Shown piece by piece: positions 58,515 to 64,000 of a stretch of 64,000 bases of DNA. A model generated the notes under the pieces. That model was not told where the DNA came from and made no database searches. It saw nothing but the letters and a program-made list of their open reading frames with translations. The DNA is taken from contig CALSPN010000046.1 in NCBI GenBank assembly GCA_943788245.1, positions 635-64,634 on the forward strand. The letters are read 5' to 3'. A program made the position numbers and the translations under genes. Every line of letters begins with the position of its first letter. Position 1 is the first letter of the stretch. The DNA comes from an uncultured Verrucomicrobiae bacterium (GTDB taxonomy: Bacteria; Verrucomicrobiota; Verrucomicrobiia; Limisphaerales; AAA164-E04).

Positions 58515-59669
58515 TCATCTCCGGGTTGATAATTTTACTTTGAGAGAATCATACCCATTGGGTCGCTGGTATTTTTCCTCTTTCTCTACGTGCTGCGTAC
58601 TGCTCAGAACGGTAACCGCTGAAATCCGGTCAGTCATTGCTTTCAATAAACTACGCACAATCAACCTAGCATGCGGTGCTCCAAGACAAAGGTGAGCTCC
58701 AAAGCCAAAAGAGATATGTGGGTTCGGTTTGCGGTCGAGTCGAATTTCTTCAGGCCTCTCAAAAACGTTTTCATCGAAATTAGCTGATGCCCACCCCAGC
58801 GACACACGGCCATCTGGATTTACCTTTGCTCCTTGAACATCGGTCTCAACAGGGCAGACTCGCCCTATGTGAGTCAACGGCATGAATACACGAAAAAACT
58901 CTTCACTGGCATGAATGATGCGTTTTGAATCTTCGCGCAGGTAATCCAGAGTATCAGGGTTTTCACCTATGTAAGCTACGATTGAGGCTATGCTGTGGAT
59001 GATGGTATCTCTTCCGCCAGCGAATGTCAGGTTAGCAAACCCCATCATTTCCTCTCTTGTCAGTGAGCGACCACGAAACTTGGCCTGTGTCAGAGCACTG
59101 AAAAAATCCTCACCGGGATTTGATGCGGCACGATCCAATTGTGCGTGTAAATAATCTTCGAGCGCGGTTCCTTTCTTGGCCAGAGCACCGTCCACTTTGA
59201 AAACGTGTATGCCCCAATTGATCCATGTGTCTGCTTCTGATTCAGGCACGTTCAGCAAGTAGGTGAGGGCGCGTGATTGAATGGGGAGTGCGAATTCGTT
59301 CACCACTTCAATGGATTCCCTCCCAGTGGCGTCATCGAGTTTTTCTTTGATCAATGATTCAACTTTACCAGCGACCTCAGTCGTTTTGGAGCGCTGGAAA
59401 AAAGGCTCTACAATATTTCTATACTCAGTGTGTTCTGGTGGATTAGTCTCAATCGGTAATTGCCGCATGGTGCGTACGTCTTCCTCGGAAGGAATAGGTA
59501 CTCGAAAGGGGGCGTCGGAACTAAATGTTTTCCAATCCTTTGCTGCCTGACGTACATCGGCATGGCGCAGGATCATGGGCACGGATTCACCTTGGAAAGG
59601 ACATTTCAGAACGCCATCTTTTCGGCGTGCCTCCGCAAACGGATCACGCGGTGTAGGGGTATCGCTCAT
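58515..59669 (-). CDS. Cytochrome P450
   Basis: Heme-binding FGFGAHLCLGAPHARL, ExxR (EFFR) and an I-helix-like FAGGRDT. Confidence 0.9.
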   Translation of the reverse strand: MSDTPTPRDPFAEARRKDGVLKCPFQGESVPMILRHADVRQAAKDWKTFSSDAPFRVPIPSEEDVRTMRQLPIETNPPEHTEYRNIVEPFFQRSKTTEVAGKVESLIKEKLDDATGRESIEVVNEFALPIQSRALTYLLNVPESEADTWINWGIHVFKVDGALAKKGTALEDYLHAQLDRAASNPGEDFFSALTQAKFRGRSLTREEMMGFANLTFAGGRDTIIHSIASIVAYIGENPDTLDYLREDSKRIIHASEEFFRVFMPLTHIGRVCPVETDVQGAKVNPDGRVSLGWASANFDENVFERPEEIRLDRKPNPHISFGFGAHLCLGAPHARLIVRSLLKAMTDRISAVTVLSSTQHVEKEEKYQRPNGYDSLKVKLSTRR

Positions 59670-59863
59670 TTGGAGTACACCGTAAACCTTACAGGCAGGG
59701 GTTCAAGCCAAAGTGAATTTTGATCTCTGGTGGAGTTCAATAAAACCTATCGACTAGAGCAGTGAGTCTGAGAGGATGTGAAGAGTGCGCATAATGTGCC
59801 TAACAGAATAGTCACATTAATCAAAGATCCCTATTCTGCGGAACTCCCTGTTCATGCCCAAAT

Positions 59864-61030
59864 ATGAAAACATACATCAAGCAAACCCGACAATTTTCTG
59901 CCATTATTCGATTCACCAGCGGAACGCTGCCTGCAAAAAGCTTTTTGAAAAAGGCAGTCCTCGTATTTGGAATATCATCGGCCATGTTTCTGCCAGTGGG
60001 ATCATTGGTTAGCGATGAAAATGAACTTGAAGACTTTGGGGCAAGTAGCTTAGATCCGCAAACGAAGCTCTTCCGGGAAATTGGTTACAATAAAGTTAAA
60101 GCCACCGCGCCGATCCATATCCACTTTGCCCAAGCCTTGCCCAGCAATTACAGAGGTCGCGATGCCGATTGGGATTGGGATAGTTGGAAGACGGATACAA
60201 ATCGACTGCTGAGGAAGAAACTTTTCCCACTGATCGGTGCTTATGAGCATTATTATTTCCTTATCGATTACCACGGTTATGATGCAGACGATGATAGCAT
60301 CGTTGCTCAGGCAAGAATCATCGGGGGAGACGTGAACATGACCAAAGACGGTTTCACGGGTATTTCGGGCATGCATATCAATGATGATGGATGGAGAGTT
60401 CCCCTGCACATGTCACGCATTCCAGATGATGAGTATTGCCCTCGACCCGAGGGCTGTCTTCGTGACCGGCTGACTTCATCTGTCATTCATGAGTATCACC
60501 ATGTCATGATGTGGCATCAGATGATGAATAACTATCAATCCAGGAACTCTGGAGGGACTGTATCCGAGCCTGATTACTGTCCGCCATGGTTCGGCGAGGG
60601 GGCTGCAGCAGTGTTGCCCTTTTTGCTCGGTACGGAAAACGGACGCGATGGACTCCGCAGCCGCATCAAGCATGTATTGGACATGGTCAAGAGTAATCCC
60701 TCGCTCGACTTTGAGCATATGAAAGACTGGGACACCTGGACAACCCCTCCTTTATCTTTTGATCCATTCATTCCACTTGCTTGCTACATGGCGATCCGCA
60801 GTAGCTGGCAAATAGCCTTGGTTGACTCTTTTCGTGGTATGGGGCTGCAGCCTTATCCTGGCGATTTCGACGCCTTGCTTCTGGCGTTTGTTGGTGCGAA
60901 TGAGCATGAATTCCTTAATCAGGCGCTTGCCTTTTTTCGGTTGAGCAGTACTTCGCCAGCCACGCTCATGCCTCCTGAAATTCCTCTGAATGAGCTCATC
61001 GGACCACCTTCTATCACAAGGCTTCCCTGA
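59864..61030 (+). CDS. Hypothetical exported protein with a gluzincin-like HExxH...WFGEG motif
   Basis: N-terminal hydrophobic segment AVLVFGISSAMFLPVGSL. VIHEYHHVMMWH (HExxH) is followed 31 residues later by PPWFGEGAAA, reminiscent of the M1-type WxxEG third ligand. I recognise no family. Confidence 0.45.
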   Translation: MKTYIKQTRQFSAIIRFTSGTLPAKSFLKKAVLVFGISSAMFLPVGSLVSDENELEDFGASSLDPQTKLFREIGYNKVKATAPIHIHFAQALPSNYRGRDADWDWDSWKTDTNRLLRKKLFPLIGAYEHYYFLIDYHGYDADDDSIVAQARIIGGDVNMTKDGFTGISGMHINDDGWRVPLHMSRIPDDEYCPRPEGCLRDRLTSSVIHEYHHVMMWHQMMNNYQSRNSGGTVSEPDYCPPWFGEGAAAVLPFLLGTENGRDGLRSRIKHVLDMVKSNPSLDFEHMKDWDTWTTPPLSFDPFIPLACYMAIRSSWQIALVDSFRGMGLQPYPGDFDALLLAFVGANEHEFLNQALAFFRLSSTSPATLMPPEIPLNELIGPPSITRLP

Positions 61031-61210
61031 CGTTTTTTAAACGAGATGGTCTTCATTGAACATAGGGCAGTATCCTGATGCTTCCTCAGTTGGCCATGGA
61101 TTCTGAGGCTATCCATGTGGAATTCAGACTTCAAGATGTGGGCTTCCGCGCATTGATTAAGTTTTCCAAATGGGATTGATTGCCTGGTTGGATTTTGCAA
61201 TCTTTCACGC

Positions 61211-62032
61211 ATGCTTCGACCGAGAAAAAAGTATACCGTGCGTGATCTTCAGTTATTGAAAGGTAAGCGCTGTCTAACACATATCCATGTCAAGTCACCT
61301 GAAGAGGCAACTGCTGCGGAGCAGGCGGGAGTCGATTTGATGAGCTGCAGTTTTGATTCGCCAGCAGCGCAGCAGCGATTTCCAAGCTTAGTCGAGGCAG
61401 CACCAAACAGCTTTTTATCTGGGGCGACTCCTCATGGTATGGCAACTCCTGAAGAAGCCATTCGAGTCGGTTTCAAGGCGTTGGAAATGGGAGCTAGTTC
61501 GGTTTACTGTTCCGCTAGCCCTTTTATCATCGAAGCCATGGCACGTGAGCGCATTCCTGTAGTTGGGCATCTTGGAATGATTCCTCGGCATGTGACCTGG
61601 ACAGGGTATCGGGCCATCGGAAAATCTGCGAAAGAGGCACAGGGGCTTTACCAGAGCATGAAAGAATTGGAGAGTGCGGGTGCCTATGCCGCCGAATTGG
61701 AGTGTGTCCCACACAACTTTGCTTCCTGGTTGAGCTCCCGGACCACTTTGATTCTGATGTCTCTTGGATCGGGTGGTGGATGCGATACTCAATTTCTATT
61801 CTCCGATGACATTCTTGGCGATTACGATGAGCGACTGCCGCGGCATGCAAAAGCATATCGGAATTTCCTTGAAGAAAATCGAAGGCTTCAACAGGAGCGG
61901 ATTGCTGCCTTTGGTGAGTATGTCTCAGATGTGAAGGAGGGCGATTTCCAGAACGTTCCCATCTTGTTGAAATGGACGATCAACTGCTCGCAGAAGTCAC
62001 CCAATCGATTGAGCGCAACAAGTCTTGATTAG
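61211..62032 (+). CDS. Divergent PanB-like (ketopantoate hydroxymethyltransferase / ICL-PEPM superfamily) protein
   Basis: Collinear with PanB: KYTVRDLQLLKGKR, AEQAGVDLM, IPVVGHLGMIPRH, AGAYAAELECVP, LGSGGGCDTQFLFSDDILG. It lacks the canonical GDS motif. The C-terminal tail may be frameshifted (see findings). Confidence 0.5.
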   Translation: MLRPRKKYTVRDLQLLKGKRCLTHIHVKSPEEATAAEQAGVDLMSCSFDSPAAQQRFPSLVEAAPNSFLSGATPHGMATPEEAIRVGFKALEMGASSVYCSASPFIIEAMARERIPVVGHLGMIPRHVTWTGYRAIGKSAKEAQGLYQSMKELESAGAYAAELECVPHNFASWLSSRTTLILMSLGSGGGCDTQFLFSDDILGDYDERLPRHAKAYRNFLEENRRLQQERIAAFGEYVSDVKEGDFQNVPILLKWTINCSQKSPNRLSATSLD

Positions 62033-62469
62033 ATGCGATATTTCTCGAGAACCCATTCAGGTATGGGTTCTGGTCGTTGGGTAGCCAAAGAGACCATGGT
62101 GTAATGTGATTTGCCTTTGCAACAGAGTTTGTCGGTTGTTTTTCGAATGATCTCGAAGTGAACGCAGACCCCGGTTCGGAAAAAGTCCTGGATCCAGGTC
62201 TTCACTTTAAAACGATCTCCCAAACCGAGTGAACGTTTATATTCAATGCTGAAATCTCGCACAAACCAGCCCAGACCTTTTTCCATGAATGCTTCCATCG
62301 AAATGCCATAGCATCGCTTCATCTGATCGAAGCGAGCTGCTAAAACGTAGTCCTGATATTTACTGGCATGTACGTGTTGAAACATATCGATATCATCGGG
62401 TCTGACATCCATTTGGCTTTCAAATATCGTGCGGCTGGGTTCAGGGTAATCTAAAGCTTTTTCCCTCAT
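62029..62469 (-). CDS. Hotdog-fold acyl-CoA thioesterase (YbgC/4HBT family)
   Basis: 146 aa. VRPDDIDMFQHVHASKYQDYV... and the FSIEYKRSLGLGDRFKVKTWI pattern are typical of 4HBT thioesterases. Confidence 0.75.
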   Translation of the reverse strand: MREKALDYPEPSRTIFESQMDVRPDDIDMFQHVHASKYQDYVLAARFDQMKRCYGISMEAFMEKGLGWFVRDFSIEYKRSLGLGDRFKVKTWIQDFFRTGVCVHFEIIRKTTDKLCCKGKSHYTMVSLATQRPEPIPEWVLEKYRI

Positions 62470-62495
62470 GGTTTCATTGTGTTTTTATAACAGCC

Positions 62496-63749
62496 CTATC
62501 TTTTGGCCTGTGCTTGATCGATCAATTTCAAAGATTCTTTGATCAGGATTTCTCCTGTGTTCTCGCCTAAAGAAACTTTTGAGATGTATTCGTATCTTTT
62601 AAAACTTCCCCAATCCACACGCGTCATGATGTAGCCAAATGCATCGTTGGTTAGACCGAATAGAAGGTTGTGTTCACCTCTCATTTGGCGTTTCAAGTAG
62701 TAGCCGATATTTGGCAAAGCTTCGCCAGGAATAGTCAGGATTTGAGTGTTACCCAGCTCAATCAAATTCATCGTGGTAGCGATATACCCCTCCTTGTCTA
62801 ATTCATAAGGTAAAGGTGAAGTTTCAAGAACAGCGCGCATTTCGGGCGATTTGACTGGGAAGGATACTCGTTTTGAGTGAACTCTTAATTGAGTGTCATT
62901 CAGAAATTCCGCTTCTTGAATGATACGAACTGCCTCGTTACCCAAGAGCCCACCGATTCGTTCGCATTCTGCCCAGATCCGCGAGTCGCTTCCGTCTGCC
63001 TTGCGGTTGTCTGCGGTAACCATACCACCCTGGGCGCTGTTCATGAACATGGCAACTCCTCCGATGTTTCGCTCAATTGTCTGGGTCATTGGCCAAATCA
63101 TGTCAGGACTGCAGATGCCTGTATTGGCGCCCAATACCTCTGGGTGGACAGCGTAGTTCACCAGTGTTGCGATTGTATCTCCTGAATTAGCGACCGCTTG
63201 TATGACGTGGCAGCGCGGATCATAAAGCGCATCAGCGTATGCGTTATAAGCGATCTTGCCTCTGGCTTCTCCGGTATTGATCCGCAATCGCGCAGGGCGC
63301 ATGGAAGCCAAGGCACTGTGAATGGCTCCTGCCATTTGATCGCAGACAAAATTAAGATATTCCAGATCGGCATCCGTGCCTCCTTTACCATCGGGAAAGC
63401 CGTAACAATCCGGCGCACTGTGTGTATGGGAAGCGCCTATGAGAATATGCTCACTCGGAACCCACTTTACTTGTGCACGTACCTTATCACCCAGCGCAGC
63501 GGGGAACCCCAGAAAGTCAGAGGATACAATGACCAATTGCGTTTGCGTGTTGCCCAGAGCAAGTGCGCGCACTGTTAAATCTCCTTTTTTTTCACTCGCC
63601 TTGTTGGACGGCCCCATGCCTCCGGATACCGGGAGTAATGGAGATGGGGTAACGGTGCGTACGGCAACACCAGCTTTGAAACCGGCTGCTTCTACTGTCG
63701 ACATTACGCATAAATTCGCTAATGCGAGCAGGAGTGGAAGTAACTTCAT
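62496..63749 (-). CDS. Secreted neutral/alkaline ceramidase N-terminal-domain-like hydrolase
   Basis: Signal peptide, then GFKAGVAVRTVTPSPLLPVSGGMG, VSSDFLGFP and GASHTHSAPD, resembling the non-lysosomal ceramidase N-domain family. Confidence 0.55.
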   Translation of the reverse strand: MKLLPLLLALANLCVMSTVEAAGFKAGVAVRTVTPSPLLPVSGGMGPSNKASEKKGDLTVRALALGNTQTQLVIVSSDFLGFPAALGDKVRAQVKWVPSEHILIGASHTHSAPDCYGFPDGKGGTDADLEYLNFVCDQMAGAIHSALASMRPARLRINTGEARGKIAYNAYADALYDPRCHVIQAVANSGDTIATLVNYAVHPEVLGANTGICSPDMIWPMTQTIERNIGGVAMFMNSAQGGMVTADNRKADGSDSRIWAECERIGGLLGNEAVRIIQEAEFLNDTQLRVHSKRVSFPVKSPEMRAVLETSPLPYELDKEGYIATTMNLIELGNTQILTIPGEALPNIGYYLKRQMRGEHNLLFGLTNDAFGYIMTRVDWGSFKRYEYISKVSLGENTGEILIKESLKLIDQAQAKR

Positions 63750-64000
63750 GGAAGGTTTTTATCTTATTTTTATTTGTTGAGCAAACCGGTATTCCAATCA
63801 ATTCGATGATGTGGACGCTGTCGGGTTCGGGATCTTCTACTTGCTTATCAAAGCCCCATGTGAAAATGTCCTTCCATGCAATATAATCCACCCAAACACT
63901 TGATTCTCGCCTTCTTGAGTTGCTCTCTGGTCACAGGGTGTTTCAGGTCGCCAAGTGAAAGTTCGGATAACACCGAGGGAGTCGATAACGTCGCCAATGT

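Noticed and set aside
63750-64000. Coding signal on the minus strand at the right edge. Frames read ...LSELSLGDLKHPVTREQLKKARIKCLGG and then VDYIAWKDIFTWGFDKQVEDPEPDSVHIIELIG; the ORF-track entry 63592-63891 overlaps the ceramidase-like gene.
   Set aside because: Two or three frames are partly open, no frame gives a consistent product with a sensible stop, and I recognise no family. This is probably the 3' end of a gene with another frameshift, but I cannot support a call.
1-64000. Mobile elements, prophage, integrons, toxin-antitoxin or known defence systems, tRNA/rRNA genes
   Set aside because: I saw no transposase, integrase, recombinase, restriction-modification or Cas-like ORFs. I also saw no terminal inverted repeats flanking a cargo region and no tRNA-like T-loop/cloverleaf sequences in intergenic regions. 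A by-eye scan can miss short or degenerate elements.

Overview
The window is a chromosomal segment of about 45 genes with high coding density. It most likely comes from a PVC-superphylum bacterium (Verrucomicrobia or Planctomycetes-like). That placement is an inference from a PSCyt1/DUF1549/DUF1553 + DUF1501 gene pair, a PEP-CTERM protein, many FG-GAP/ASPIC-UnbV (CRTAC1-like) proteins and giant LamG/PA14 proteins. All functions below come from motif recognition by eye; no searches were run.

Housekeeping genes: hpt (partial), uvrD/pcrA, an overlapping CPBP-thiL-tsaE-tsaB operon, fabI, tex, an xseB-dxs operon, and an SRP RNA that the ORF track cannot show. These are interspersed with a large secretome:
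- a 14-kb cluster of four FG-GAP/ASPIC-UnbV paralogs plus a TPR protein, arranged around a VKOR-thioredoxin fusion;
- two tandem secreted LamG/PA14/Ig mosaic proteins of about 1100-1170 aa that share an unannotated C-terminal module;
- a DUF3179 / Cys-rich / PQQ-propeller set;
- a CotH-P450-gluzincin-PanB-like-thioesterase-ceramidase-like neighbourhood.
A 1152-aa ORF looks like PPi-dependent PEPCK.

I found no rRNA, tRNA, CRISPR array, transposase, integrase, phage gene or recognisable defence system.

The most striking sequence-level observation is a series of single-base frameshifts between about 36 and 62 kb. They affect conserved genes: tex (several shifts in 280 nt that sum to zero), dxs (two), xseB, a HEAT-repeat gene, CotH, the first LamG/PA14 gene and possibly the panB-like gene. 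A heavily deleted alanine racemase relic also lies at 8.9 kb. From one sequence I cannot tell sequencing error from real pseudogenisation.

Other unexplained signals: a 17-nt exact motif shared by two intergenic regions, tandem direct repeats upstream of the second PA14 gene, and an 11-bp perfect inverted repeat upstream of the VKOR gene.
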